Notes: generated from the letters alone by a model not told the origin. A stretch of DNA of 64,000 nt from Bacilli bacterium (GCA_045226015.1 JBGVBY010000021.1:17485-81484), one strand, 5' to 3'; positions 39,526 through 49,539 are shown, counted from the stretch's first letter. Numbers and translations: made by a program.

Positions 39526-40544
39526 ACTTCCTCATCTTCAATATCCGCGTAAGGTCCAATGTATTTTCCATTACCAACCTTAACGTTTTTTAGAACTGAG
39601 TTAACAATATGATTGTCATTACCCATCTTTACATTTTCTAACACTGAATTTGGACCAAGCCAGTTGGCCTCTCCAACTTCAGAATCTCCTAAGATAGTGG
39701 TGTTAGGCATAATAACCGTGTCTCTGCCGACTTTCACATCAGGAGAAATATAAGCAGTTTCTGGGTCTTCAATTGAAACACCAGAAAGCATTAATTTACG
39801 ATTGACTCTTTTTCTAATGACTTTAGCGGCGTAACTTAATTGGAAACGATCACTGACACAGAAGATATCTTGAGCGTCTTCTAAGACATATGCTTCCACT
39901 CGATAGCCATCTCTATTGAATAGTTTTACTAGTTCAGAGAGATAGTATTCATGTTTAGCGTTATCATTAGAAAGTTTTGGCAAGTACTCTTGTAACAACT
40001 TGTTGTTAATGATGTATATACCAGCGTTGACTTCACCAATTTCTTTCTCTTCTTCGTTACAGTCTTTATCTTCACGAATATCAAGCAAACGATAACTACC
40101 TTTTTCTCTAATGATACGTCCGTATCCTGTTGGATTTTCAAAGACAGAAGTACAAATAGTTAAAGCATTATCACCTTTCTCGTGTTTATGATAAACCTTC
40201 TTTAAGGTTTCTAAAGTTAATAAAGGTGTATCTCCTCCAACAACGATGATGTCTCCATCTTTGTCTTTAAGTTCAGTAACTTGCATTAATGCATGTCCTG
40301 TACCTAAGATTTCTTTTTGCCATACAACTTTGGATTCTTTTTCAACACACTTTTCAGTGGCTTTTCCTCCAAAACCAACAACAGTGTATAAATCTTTTAA
40401 ACCTAACCCTTTAACCGCATCAACAACATAGTTGATAAGTGGTTTTCCTAAGATTGGGTAAGCAACTTTTGAATGATCAGGATCACGGCTTTCCATACGG
40501 CTTCCACGTCCTGCACCTAATATAACAGCGTATTTATCTTTCAT
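39519..40544 (-). CDS. GlmU-like sugar-1-phosphate nucleotidyltransferase (short; only a few LbH hexapeptide repeats)
   Basis: N-terminal AVILGAGRGSRM...PLINYV..GGDTPLL matches the GlmU/RmlA-type pyrophosphorylase. C-terminal ~90 aa has only about 4 hexapeptide repeats. Total ~342 aa versus ~455 for canonical GlmU. Start taken at MKDKYAVILGAG (40544). Confidence 0.6.
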   Translation of the reverse strand: MKDKYAVILGAGRGSRMESRDPDHSKVAYPILGKPLINYVVDAVKGLGLKDLYTVVGFGGKATEKCVEKESKVVWQKEILGTGHALMQVTELKDKDGDIIVVGGDTPLLTLETLKKVYHKHEKGDNALTICTSVFENPTGYGRIIREKGSYRLLDIREDKDCNEEEKEIGEVNAGIYIINNKLLQEYLPKLSNDNAKHEYYLSELVKLFNRDGYRVEAYVLEDAQDIFCVSDRFQLSYAAKVIRKRVNRKLMLSGVSIEDPETAYISPDVKVGRDTVIMPNTTILGDSEVGEANWLGPNSVLENVKMGNDNHIVNSVLKNVKVGNGKYIGPYADIEDEEVC

Positions 40545-40554
40545 TCTTCTCTCC

Positions 40555-41409
40555 TCATTTCTTGAGAACCTTACAGATCTCAACAAAATATTTATCTTCA
40601 AATTCTTTCGCAACTTTCTTTAAAGCTGAATAATCAGTAGAAAGAGCGAATACAGTGGACCCAGATCCACTCATAAGAACAATTTTTAATCCTTTATCAA
40701 GCAAAGCTTGTTTGATGGACGCAATTTCTGGAACAACTTTCATTGCGGCTTCTTCTAAAGAGTTACCAATAGAGGCAGCAAGTAAATCATCATCTCCAGT
40801 TTCTAAAGCTTTAACAACGTTATCAATATCAACGTGGTTATATGGTTTAGAATCCGCTAAAGCGAACACTTCTTTAGTGGAGCATCCAGCAGATGGCTTA
40901 ACTAACAAAACGTAGTAGTTGTTCTTGATGGTAATAGGTTCTAATTTTTCTCCAATACCTTTACATCTAGAGGGTGTACAAGGAATAAAGAAAGGAATAT
41001 CCGCTCCTAAAGGAGCAGCAATCTTCATAAGTTCTTCTTCTGTCGCTCCTAATTTAAGGATGTTGTTTACTGTTTTTAAGGTGAACGCCGCGTTAGAACT
41101 TCCTCCGCCTAAACCAGCTTGCATAGGAATAACTTTATGAATATAGACTCTGAATTTTTCATTAAATCCATATTTCTCACTAAGCGCATCAATCGCACTA
41201 GAGGCCAAATTATAATGGCCTAAACCTTCTGAATAATCATCAACAGTAACAAAGTTATCATCGCTACTTTTAAGGATTGAGAAAATTAAAGAATCATGTA
41301 AATCGATAGGTATCATTAAAGAATCAAGTTCGTGATAACCATCTTCTCTTTTTTTAACAACGTTAAGCGAAATGTTAATTTTCGCATAACTCTTAACAGA
41401 TCTTCTCAT
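40555..41409 (-). CDS. ispE: 4-diphosphocytidyl-2-C-methyl-D-erythritol kinase
   Basis: GHMP kinase motifs: KINISLNVVKKREDGYHELDSL, PMQAGLGGGSSNAA. rsmA-ispE synteny. Confidence 0.9.
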   Translation of the reverse strand: MRRSVKSYAKINISLNVVKKREDGYHELDSLMIPIDLHDSLIFSILKSSDDNFVTVDDYSEGLGHYNLASSAIDALSEKYGFNEKFRVYIHKVIPMQAGLGGGSSNAAFTLKTVNNILKLGATEEELMKIAAPLGADIPFFIPCTPSRCKGIGEKLEPITIKNNYYVLLVKPSAGCSTKEVFALADSKPYNHVDIDNVVKALETGDDDLLAASIGNSLEEAAMKVVPEIASIKQALLDKGLKIVLMSGSGSTVFALSTDYSALKKVAKEFEDKYFVEICKVLKK

Positions 41410-41417
41410 ATCTACTC

Positions 41418-42227
41418 CTACATTATATTTTTATTTTTAAATAAAGTGTACATCTTTAAATAGTCACTTGGAGAAATATTCTCCGGTCTCTTATTTTTAT
41501 CGATGTTAAGTTCGTTGAGAACACTTTCAATAGCTTCGGTATCTTTAAAGGTGTTCTTTAAATTATTCCAAATAGTCTTCCTACGATTAAGGAATAAAGA
41601 TTTTGTCATCTTATAAACTTTAATCGCATCTTCTTTAGAAGTTATAGGATTATAGTCGAACACAAAGACACAAGAATTACACTTTGGTGCTGGATAAAAT
41701 GAACCAGGCTTAACTGTGATGGTTTTTCTAGTAGTTCCTAATAAATGAACAAGCACACTAGTAGGACCATAATTCTCACCTTCGACATCATAAAAGCGAT
41801 TGAACGCTTCACTTTGGCACATAAGCACCATCTTTTTAGCGTTGCTGCTAAGTAATAAGAAAGTAACAAGTTCAGTAGTGATGTTATAAGGTAAGTTACC
41901 AATGATTTTGTCGTATTTAGAGATATCAATCTTTCTAACATCGTTAAGGATGTAATTTATTTTGTCTCCGTAAAAGATTTTTAAAAAATCAATCATACGA
42001 AAATCAATATCACAAACATCAAGATCACATGAATCAACCAGAAAATGAGTTAAAGAACCTAAACCAGGACCAATTTCTAATACTTTGTCACTGGATTCTA
42101 ACTCAAGTTCATTAACAATTGACTCGGCGATAGTGGGTTCCACAAGAAAATTTTGTCCATAATCCTTATCAGGACGAACATTACATTTGTTCACTAATTC
42201 ATTAATGTTATTACGATTAATTTCCAT
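41418..42227 (-). CDS. rsmA: 16S rRNA (adenine1518/1519-N6)-dimethyltransferase RsmA/KsgA
   Basis: GQNFLVEPTIAESIV...VLEIGPGLGSLT...IIGNLPYNITT. Confidence 0.95.
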   Translation of the reverse strand: MEINRNNINELVNKCNVRPDKDYGQNFLVEPTIAESIVNELELESSDKVLEIGPGLGSLTHFLVDSCDLDVCDIDFRMIDFLKIFYGDKINYILNDVRKIDISKYDKIIGNLPYNITTELVTFLLLSSNAKKMVLMCQSEAFNRFYDVEGENYGPTSVLVHLLGTTRKTITVKPGSFYPAPKCNSCVFVFDYNPITSKEDAIKVYKMTKSLFLNRRKTIWNNLKNTFKDTEAIESVLNELNIDKNKRPENISPSDYLKMYTLFKNKNIM

Positions 42228-42747
42228 TGAGTAATTCTCTAATTTCTTGCGGTTTAATTCTTAAAATATTTAGTTGGTTTTGTATAGAATTAAGATTTCC
42301 TTCTATTAACCTATATCTGTCGATGATAATCTGCCTTGATTTGTTGGCATCTTTACTAAGAGACACATAAGTTGATAAGTCATAATCATATGTCTCAATA
42401 GGTCTATCAACCACAAACTCTTTAAGAGCGTCTAAGACAGCTTCTTTGGTGGATTCAGCAATACCTTTCTTTTTGCAATTTTTTCGGTAAATTTGCGGAC
42501 ATTTTGCCTCAAATACCCCATTAATTTCTGATTTAAGCTTATTTCTAATTGTTTCACCAGCTTCATCAGAATCAGTAAAAATTATGAGTTTATTTACATT
42601 GCTTGCTGATTTTAAAAATTCGATTTTTTTGTTATTAAGATCATAACCATTGGTGGTGAAAAATAACGCATTTAGAAACGAAGATAAATAACTTACATCT
42701 TCTTTTCCTTCGACTATCAAAACACCATCAATATTTATCTTATTCAT
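42217..42747 (-). CDS. rnmV: Ribonuclease M5 (Toprim domain)
   Basis: LIVEGKEDVSYLSSF...IIFTDSDEAGETIR Toprim motifs. Conserved rnmV-ksgA adjacency. Confidence 0.85.
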   Translation of the reverse strand: MNKINIDGVLIVEGKEDVSYLSSFLNALFFTTNGYDLNNKKIEFLKSASNVNKLIIFTDSDEAGETIRNKLKSEINGVFEAKCPQIYRKNCKKKGIAESTKEAVLDALKEFVVDRPIETYDYDLSTYVSLSKDANKSRQIIIDRYRLIEGNLNSIQNQLNILRIKPQEIRELLNGN

Positions 42748-43513
42748 CGATATTAAATAATGAACACGTATTCTTATAAATTACATCTTCAAGATGCTTT
42801 TTACTCATGTCTTTGAGTCTAGCTATTTCATCTAAAACTAGGCACAAATATTTAGGTTCGTTCTTTTCTCCTCTATGTGGATGAGGTGTTAAAAATGGAC
42901 AATCGGTTTCGATCACTAATTTATCTAGTGGAACTTCTTCGGCGACTTCTTTTGGAGTTTTTGCATTAGTGAATGTAACCGTTCCACCTAATGCGATATA
43001 TAATCCTAACTTAATTACCTGATGCATTGTTTCAACACTACCACTATAGCAGTGCATAACTCCTCCATATAAAGGTCTATGTTCTCTTAATATAGCAACA
43101 CAGTCTTCGGTGCTTTCTCTATTATGGATTGAGATTGGTAAATGGTGTTCATTTGCAAAATCAATTTGCTTAATAAACCATCTTTTTTGTTCTTCTCTTA
43201 AATCGATATCTTTAACCCAGTGATAATCTAGGCCTATTTCTCCAATAGCGACTACTTTCTTATCTTCGATTAAAGACATTGTTTCTTGATAATCAGAATC
43301 GCTTACACCTTCTATTTCAGTTGGATGAAATCCGATAGCAGCGTAGCATTCCTTATACTTATTAGCGATCTCAGCCGCTAAAAAGCTACTCTTTTTGTCA
43401 TAGCCAACAACCAAAAACTTATTTACTCCAGTCTTTTTCGCGGCCTCTATGACCTCGTCAATTCTAGGATATAAATTGTCGTCATTTAAATGACAGTGGC
43501 TATCAAAAAGCAT
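42740..43513 (-). CDS. TatD-family metal-dependent deoxyribonuclease (YabD-like)
   Basis: MLFDSHCHLND..., GEIGLDYHW, HNRES. The track start 43576 is probably 21 codons too far upstream. Confidence 0.85.
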   Translation of the reverse strand: MLFDSHCHLNDDNLYPRIDEVIEAAKKTGVNKFLVVGYDKKSSFLAAEIANKYKECYAAIGFHPTEIEGVSDSDYQETMSLIEDKKVVAIGEIGLDYHWVKDIDLREEQKRWFIKQIDFANEHHLPISIHNRESTEDCVAILREHRPLYGGVMHCYSGSVETMHQVIKLGLYIALGGTVTFTNAKTPKEVAEEVPLDKLVIETDCPFLTPHPHRGEKNEPKYLCLVLDEIARLKDMSKKHLEDVIYKNTCSLFNIDE

Positions 43514-43514
43514 A

Positions 43515-44843
43515 TTATTTACCAACACAGAATCTTGAGAAGATTTCTTTAGAAATATCTCTTTGATTGTATTCACCTAAAATCTCTAAAATCGCGTTAT
43601 AAGCATCGTTAAGAGAAACGCTCACAAGATCAACAGGTAAATCGTTTAATGCATCTTCTTTCGCTTTTAATAACGATTCTTTCGCGTTTCTTAATAAACC
43701 TAGTTGTCTAGTGTTATTTAGTGAAGGTGTTTTATACGTGTCTTCTTTTAAACCAAGCTTTTCATATATCGCATTTTTAAGTTCGCTTATCTCATTATTT
43801 TTAGCAGAAATGAAAACACCTTTTCCTTCATTGACTAATCCTTTATCGATTTTATTAAAGGCAATAATATGTGGAACATCTTCCACGAGTTTTAATATTT
43901 TCTTATCTTCTTCATCTAATGAATTAGAAGCATCTAAAAGCACGATAACTAGGTCAGCCTTTTTGATTAAATCTTTAGATTTATTAACTCCAATAGATTC
44001 CACTAAATCGTTAACATCTCTAATCCCAGCGGTGTCTAATAGATGTAAAACAATACCGTTAAGATTGATTTCACCTTCAACAACATCTCTAGTAGTTCCC
44101 GCTATATCAGTAACGATAGCTTTTGATTCTCCTAATAAAGCGTTTAATAAAGATGATTTACCAACGTTAGGTTTACCAACTAAAGCAACTTTAATACCTT
44201 CTTTAATGATTAAACCTTTTTCGCCTTCGCTGACGAGTCTGTCTATAACAGGTAATAGTTCATCAACAACTTCAACAATATTGCTCTTATTAGCAACTTC
44301 TATATCTTCATATTCTGGATAATCGATATTAACTTCTATCAAAGATATAATATCAGCGATTCTCTTTTTAATAGGAAGGATGAGTTTAGATGTTTCTCCA
44401 TTCAAAGATAACAAAGATAGTTCTTTTGCTTCTTTAGTAGTCGCATTAATCACATCATTAATTGCTTCCGCTTGAATCAAATCAATACGATTGTTAAGGA
44501 ACGCTCTAGAGGAATATTCTCCGTTAGTAGCGAGTCTAGCACCTTTAGTTAATAAAAGTTGAATAATCTCATTAGCGATCAATAAAGAACCATGACATAT
44601 AATCTCAACAAGATCTTCTCCAGTAAAAGATTTAGGTCCCTTATAAACCGCTAAAACAACTTCATCAGCAGTCTTGTTGTCGTCAATAATTTTCCCCACT
44701 AAAAGAGTGCGTTCTTTGATATCACGGATATCTTTAGAAAAGCACTTAGAAACAATATCAAAAGCATCTCTTCCACTTACTCTAATAATGTGGAGAGCAC
44801 TTTTCATTGGGGCTGTAGCAAGAGCAACGATTGTTTCTAACAT
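43515..44843 (-). CDS. mnmE: tRNA modification GTPase MnmE (TrmE)
   Basis: ETIVALATAP N-terminus. G domain VALVGKPNVGKSSLLNAL. C-terminal CVGK. Confidence 0.95.
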   Translation of the reverse strand: MLETIVALATAPMKSALHIIRVSGRDAFDIVSKCFSKDIRDIKERTLLVGKIIDDNKTADEVVLAVYKGPKSFTGEDLVEIICHGSLLIANEIIQLLLTKGARLATNGEYSSRAFLNNRIDLIQAEAINDVINATTKEAKELSLLSLNGETSKLILPIKKRIADIISLIEVNIDYPEYEDIEVANKSNIVEVVDELLPVIDRLVSEGEKGLIIKEGIKVALVGKPNVGKSSLLNALLGESKAIVTDIAGTTRDVVEGEINLNGIVLHLLDTAGIRDVNDLVESIGVNKSKDLIKKADLVIVLLDASNSLDEEDKKILKLVEDVPHIIAFNKIDKGLVNEGKGVFISAKNNEISELKNAIYEKLGLKEDTYKTPSLNNTRQLGLLRNAKESLLKAKEDALNDLPVDLVSVSLNDAYNAILEILGEYNQRDISKEIFSRFCVGK

Positions 44844-44887
44844 AATAGTCTATTTCCTAAAAAGCACCCATAGGGTGCATTTAGTGG

Positions 44888-45505
44888 TTATTCTTGTTCT
44901 TCCTTACTTTCAACGTAGATGATTTGAACTTGTCTATGGCTTCCTTCACCGATAGATTCAGTTCTGACGTTTCTCCATCCATTTAATGCATTGTGGATCG
45001 CACGTCTTTCATCTGCAGGCATTGGATCAAAAGTATAAGTTGTCTTACTTCTTTGAACGTCCTTAGCGGTCTTTCTAGCAAGTCTTTCAAGTTTAGAATA
45101 CTTGTTGTCTTTATAACCATTGATATCAATTAGTACTCTAAATCTCTTATGGAAATGATTGTTAGTGGCTAACTTTGTTAGTTCGTTTAAAGCTTGAAGA
45201 GTGACACCATTCTTTCCAATTAAAATTGGATTATGGGTGCTATCTAATGTAATTCTAATGACATCGTCATCAAGTTTGCTTTTAACTGAACTTTCAATAC
45301 CTAAAGCGTCAGTAACGTTAAGAAGATAATCTTCCGCGTATCTGATTACATCAGAGAGATCATATACTTCAATTTGAACCTTTTTAGAAAAGATACCAAC
45401 GGTTTTACCGTTATCGATATAAATAAGATCTTTAACAGCAACACCGGTTTCATTAGAAGCCTTTTCTAAAGCTTCTTGGACATTTTTTCCTGTATATGTT
45501 TCCAT
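44888..45505 (-). CDS. jag: Jag/KhpB (KH + R3H RNA-binding protein)
   Basis: Jag_N, KH and R3H (ERRAIHNALNGWRNVRTESIGEG). Position between yidC and mnmE. Confidence 0.9.
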   Translation of the reverse strand: METYTGKNVQEALEKASNETGVAVKDLIYIDNGKTVGIFSKKVQIEVYDLSDVIRYAEDYLLNVTDALGIESSVKSKLDDDVIRITLDSTHNPILIGKNGVTLQALNELTKLATNNHFHKRFRVLIDINGYKDNKYSKLERLARKTAKDVQRSKTTYTFDPMPADERRAIHNALNGWRNVRTESIGEGSHRQVQIIYVESKEEQE

Positions 45506-45514
45506 ATTGTCTCC

Positions 45515-47125
45515 TTATTTTTTGCTGTGTTTTTTCATCGCCACTTGAGTGATTAAGGTTTGTCCGATGGAGAACAACGCTCCGATGAACCAATAAATAC
45601 CCATAGCACTAACAAGTGAGAAGCCCATGAAGATGATTAAAGCAAGCATCACATAGGTGAAAATTTTCATTGTCTTATTTTGTTGTGATTGAGCAGGGTT
45701 CTTTCCAAGTTTTGGAGAATTCTTAGCTTTCATCTTTTGGATGAATTGAGGTAAGAGCATGCTAACAGTTTGAGCAAGCGCCATAAAGAGGAAGAGTAAT
45801 AAAGCGGTAACCGCTCCATAGCTTCCGGCAGCACTCCAATATTTAGCTGAGAAGAGCATGTCTTTAATACCTAAATCAAGGCGCATACCAAGAAGTGTAC
45901 CATTGGTAATCGCACTAGATCCGCTTAAAGCACCCCATACACAAATAAAGACAGGGAATTGAATAATCATTACAAGTAAACTTGTAAATGGATTAACTTT
46001 GTTCTTTTTGTAGAGTCGATTCATTTCTTCCGCCATACGTTGTTTCTCAATTTGAGAAGAATTGGCGTTAGGATATTTAGCTTGAATCTTTTGAATTTCA
46101 GGTTGTAATTCTGTCATCTTTGCAGAACTCTTTGTTTGCTTAAATGTTGCAAGAAGCATAAGTGAACGAAGAATTAAGGTAATGAAGATAATACCTAAGC
46201 ATGCTGCCCATCCAGCGGATGAACCAGATGCAACAAATCCTCCAACGATTTGGTCAACTAACCAACCGATTGGATAGACTAATAATCCTTCAAAGAAACC
46301 TTTAGACCAGGCATATCCCCAACTCTTAGCGTTGATATAGACACCTTCGGTGCTATAACCATATGAGCCATACATATCTTCTTTAGTTGTTAAACATGTA
46401 CGATATGTAGCAGCACTACTTTGAATTGAAGAACAGAATGTGATGGTGAAATCATATCCTGGACATTTGTCACTGGTGACAGTTTCTCTAACTTGTTTGT
46501 CGACTTTGTTATACATGTCCCACATAGAACCAATGTCGCTGGTGATGAATTTGATATAACTATATCTTGCAATCGCTCTATCAAATGCAGCGTGGTCTGG
46601 GGTTTTGTATTCTACAACTTCTCCGTTAACTCTTTTTAAATCGAGTGTGAATTCTTTAACCGCATAATTTGCATCTTTTGCAGATTGTAAAAGATATAAG
46701 CTCATCATGTTGTTTAAGACATACTCGTCAAACAATTGATAATATTCAATTGAAGAGGCATCAACTGTTGGATAACCTTTGTTTCTAGAACTCATAATCG
46801 CATTGTTAAGTGGTGCGATTCTTTCCATATAGGATTCGTATTCAGGTTTACCAACGAGTCCAGCATAGTCAAAGATGTTAACGTTTGTGTTCCAGTTAGC
46901 AACAACTGGTTTACAACTTTTAACTGTGAGTTTGTATTCTCCTTGTTCAAACACCATATCAGGAGCGGATGTGTCCGCTTCATAATATGTGATACCAGGA
47001 GCAAACGCGTACATAATACGCGCTGTGTCGACAGGAGAACAGAAGGATTGAGTACAACCAGAAACTGCAAAAATACCCGTAGCTAAGGCGGCAGCTCCTA
47101 AAGTTAATTTAAGTCCTTTTTTCAT
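45515..47125 (-). CDS. yidC: Membrane protein insertase YidC/OxaA, lipoprotein form with ~280-aa N-terminal extracytoplasmic domain
   Basis: Signal and lipobox MKKGLKLTLGAAALATGIFAVSGC|T. C-terminal YidC core (GLLVYPIGW..., QPEIQKIQAKYP..., NPFTSLLVMIIQFPVFICVW). rnpA-yidC-jag synteny. Confidence 0.9.
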   Translation of the reverse strand: MKKGLKLTLGAAALATGIFAVSGCTQSFCSPVDTARIMYAFAPGITYYEADTSAPDMVFEQGEYKLTVKSCKPVVANWNTNVNIFDYAGLVGKPEYESYMERIAPLNNAIMSSRNKGYPTVDASSIEYYQLFDEYVLNNMMSLYLLQSAKDANYAVKEFTLDLKRVNGEVVEYKTPDHAAFDRAIARYSYIKFITSDIGSMWDMYNKVDKQVRETVTSDKCPGYDFTITFCSSIQSSAATYRTCLTTKEDMYGSYGYSTEGVYINAKSWGYAWSKGFFEGLLVYPIGWLVDQIVGGFVASGSSAGWAACLGIIFITLILRSLMLLATFKQTKSSAKMTELQPEIQKIQAKYPNANSSQIEKQRMAEEMNRLYKKNKVNPFTSLLVMIIQFPVFICVWGALSGSSAITNGTLLGMRLDLGIKDMLFSAKYWSAAGSYGAVTALLLFLFMALAQTVSMLLPQFIQKMKAKNSPKLGKNPAQSQQNKTMKIFTYVMLALIIFMGFSLVSAMGIYWFIGALFSIGQTLITQVAMKKHSKK

Positions 47126-47457
47126 TTAGTTATTCCTATCTTACTTAACAAAATGTTAAGTACATTTTTGTTATCTTCAAAGGATCTATTTAAAAATTCT
47201 CCTTTAACAACGATAACAACATCAAATGTGTGAGATGAGTAATCAATTAACGAGTCACACATAGCTCGTGTTTGTCTTTTGACTTTGTTTCTGGTAACTG
47301 CGTTACCGATTCGTTTTGAGACACTTAGCCCTACTCGGCAAACAGATAATTCATTAGGTAGGTAATGAACTATATAGGGGGTCTCTTTGAGAGTTCTACC
47401 TTTTTTCACTATGAGAAGAAAATCTTCGTTACGTTTAACTCGATTAACAATTTTCAT
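47122..47457 (-). CDS. rnpA: Ribonuclease P protein component
   Basis: 111 aa. RVGLSVSKRIGNAVTRNKVKRQTR RNR motif. Follows rpmH. Confidence 0.9.
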   Translation of the reverse strand: MKIVNRVKRNEDFLLIVKKGRTLKETPYIVHYLPNELSVCRVGLSVSKRIGNAVTRNKVKRQTRAMCDSLIDYSSHTFDVVIVVKGEFLNRSFEDNKNVLNILLSKIGITK

Positions 47458-47495
47458 TAGTAACCCTCAAATAGATAAAGTGAAAATAGTAAAAA

Positions 47496-47630
47496 TTAAG
47501 CAGCTAATTGCTTACGGCCTTTAGCTCTTCTTCTAGCTAAGACTTTTCTACCATTAGCAGATTTCATTCTTGCTCTGAAACCAGCCTTGTGAGCGTGTTT
47601 CACTTTACTTGGTTGATATGTTCTTTTCAT
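47496..47630 (-). CDS. rpmH: 50S ribosomal protein L34
   Basis: [44 protein letters not shown] (44 aa). The track ORF is over-extended upstream. Confidence 0.95.
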   Translation of the reverse strand: MKRTYQPSKVKHAHKAGFRARMKSANGRKVLARRRAKGRKQLAA

Positions 47631-47732
47631 GATACGTATTCCTCCAATTTTTACGCAAATAAGATTATAAATGTATTTATAAAGCATTGTCAAAGAATTA
47701 TGTACGCGCAAGCACAAATAAAATCATAATTA

Positions 47733-48010
47733 AATGTGGATAGAAATCATCAATGTGGAAATGTGGAATACTGACAAAATCACACATTTTGAGTAATCCA
47801 CAAAAAATATAGTGATAAAAAATCAATTTGTAGTGTAATAAGAATGAACAATGTTCATTCATATAGTTATCGTTAAACTACATTAAAAATTGTCCACAAA
47901 AATCCACATTTTCCACTAGTTTCCCACAATTTATCCACATACCAAAAAATGTGGAAAACTCAAAAAAATCACTATAGTAAATTTATTCCCTTAAACTTGT
48001 TGTGGAAAAC
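47733..48010. promoter_or_regulatory. oriC region 1: cluster of at least 9 DnaA boxes between rpmH and dnaA, including a perfect TTATCCACA
   Basis: Box-like 9-mers read directly at 47735 (TGTGGATAG), 47753, 47762, 47794 (TAATCCACA), 47890 (TTGTCCACA), 47901, 47910, 47921, 47931 (TTATCCACA), 47950 and 48001 (TGTGGAAAA). Both orientations occur. Confidence 0.85.
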
Positions 48011-48090
48011 CAAAAAATCCAGAAGTTTTTATTAAAAATAAGTACCGTTTACTCTATAATTGTCTCAAAACTCTAAAGGGCAACAGAAAT

Positions 48091-49467
48091 ATGGTTACAA
48101 CAATATCGGAAATGACTAGACTTTGGGAGAAAGTTCTCAAAAAAATAAATACCAGGATCGACAAAAGTGCATATGACTACTTCTTTGCTGATACCTATAT
48201 TTATCAACAACGTGGAAATTCTTTAGTGGTTGCCGTTCCTAATCTTGTTGTCAAAAACACAATTGAAAACAACTATAGTGATGATGTTTTAGAGATTTTA
48301 TCTGAATTAGAGGAACAAAATTTCGAAGTTACCTATGTAACCGCAGAAGAAATCAAAGCAAGCAAAGAAGAGGAAAAGGTTGTTTCCAAACCTTCAAAAA
48401 GCGAACCAGAATTCTTCAAGAACGCATTTTTAAAGCCTGAGTTTACATTCGACAACTTTGTTGTCGGAGACTTCAATAAAGAAGCTCAACAAGCAGCATT
48501 ATATGTTGCCAAAAATGGTGGAACTTTATTCAATCCACTTTTTATCTATTCTCGTTCAGGTTTAGGTAAGACTCACTTACTCTACGCGATCGGCAATTAC
48601 GTCAAAGAGAATAGAATCAAGGATGCGAAGATTTTATACATGTCCGCTCAAGACTTTGTGGATGAATACGTTAGCTACGTTCGTGGAGAACAAGAATCTA
48701 AGTCATTAAAAGCATTCTTCTATGATGTTGATTTGCTCCTTTTTGATGATGTTCAAATTTTAGCAGAGAAGGTTAAAACTGAAGAGATGTTCTTTGCTAT
48801 CTATCAAAACCTCATCAACGCCGGAAAACGCATCATCTTGACTTCAGACAAACAACCCGTTGATCTTAAAGGTTTAGAGGAAAGACTTGTTACCAGATTT
48901 AAGCAAGGATTAACTGTTAAGATTGGTGAACCAGACGTTGACACTTGTGTCGAAATCTTAAAACAAAAATGTATCAATTCTGGATTCAAACCAGAAAAAA
49001 TTGACGCAAATGTCCTATATTTTGTCGCAGAAAATTATTCAAAGGATCTTAGAGAACTTGATGGAGCGTTCAACCAATTAGTGTTCCTTGCCCTTAAATC
49101 TCCAGAGGATAAAACAATCACAATCGATGAAGCCATCAAAGTATTAGCAACTCTAAAAAGTGGCAAAAAAGTCTCAACTCAGTTAAATGAACAAAAGATC
49201 TTAAACGTTGTTGCAGACTACTACAAATTGACTCCATCACAACTCACAGGGAAGGATAGATTTGGTCAGATAGTTCTAGCTAGACACATCGCTATGTATT
49301 TAATTAGAAATAACTTAGATGTTCCACTAAAGAAAATCGGTCAATTGTTCGGTGGTAAAGACCACACAACTGTCATGAGCGCGATCACTAAGGTGGATAA
49401 AGAGTTGAAAACTGACAAGCAATTACAGGACGCAATCGCTGAATTAGAAAAGCGAATTAAGAAATAA
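48091..49467 (+). CDS. dnaA: Chromosomal replication initiator DnaA
   Basis: 458 aa. NPLFIYSRSGLGKTHLL Walker A, LLFDDVQ, C-terminal DNA-binding domain (HTTVMSA). Confidence 0.97.
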   Translation: MVTTISEMTRLWEKVLKKINTRIDKSAYDYFFADTYIYQQRGNSLVVAVPNLVVKNTIENNYSDDVLEILSELEEQNFEVTYVTAEEIKASKEEEKVVSKPSKSEPEFFKNAFLKPEFTFDNFVVGDFNKEAQQAALYVAKNGGTLFNPLFIYSRSGLGKTHLLYAIGNYVKENRIKDAKILYMSAQDFVDEYVSYVRGEQESKSLKAFFYDVDLLLFDDVQILAEKVKTEEMFFAIYQNLINAGKRIILTSDKQPVDLKGLEERLVTRFKQGLTVKIGEPDVDTCVEILKQKCINSGFKPEKIDANVLYFVAENYSKDLRELDGAFNQLVFLALKSPEDKTITIDEAIKVLATLKSGKKVSTQLNEQKILNVVADYYKLTPSQLTGKDRFGQIVLARHIAMYLIRNNLDVPLKKIGQLFGGKDHTTVMSAITKVDKELKTDKQLQDAIAELEKRIKK

Positions 49468-49539
49468 TTTATTAAAAATAAATACCTAGAGATAAAGTCT
49501 CTATGATAAAATTAAAAATGCAGATTTAATAAGAGTTAT

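Noticed and set aside
43711-44322. 203-aa plus-strand ORF
   Set aside because: Antisense to mnmE, which has clear GTPase motifs. Ser/Leu-rich translation typical of antisense frames in AT-rich DNA.
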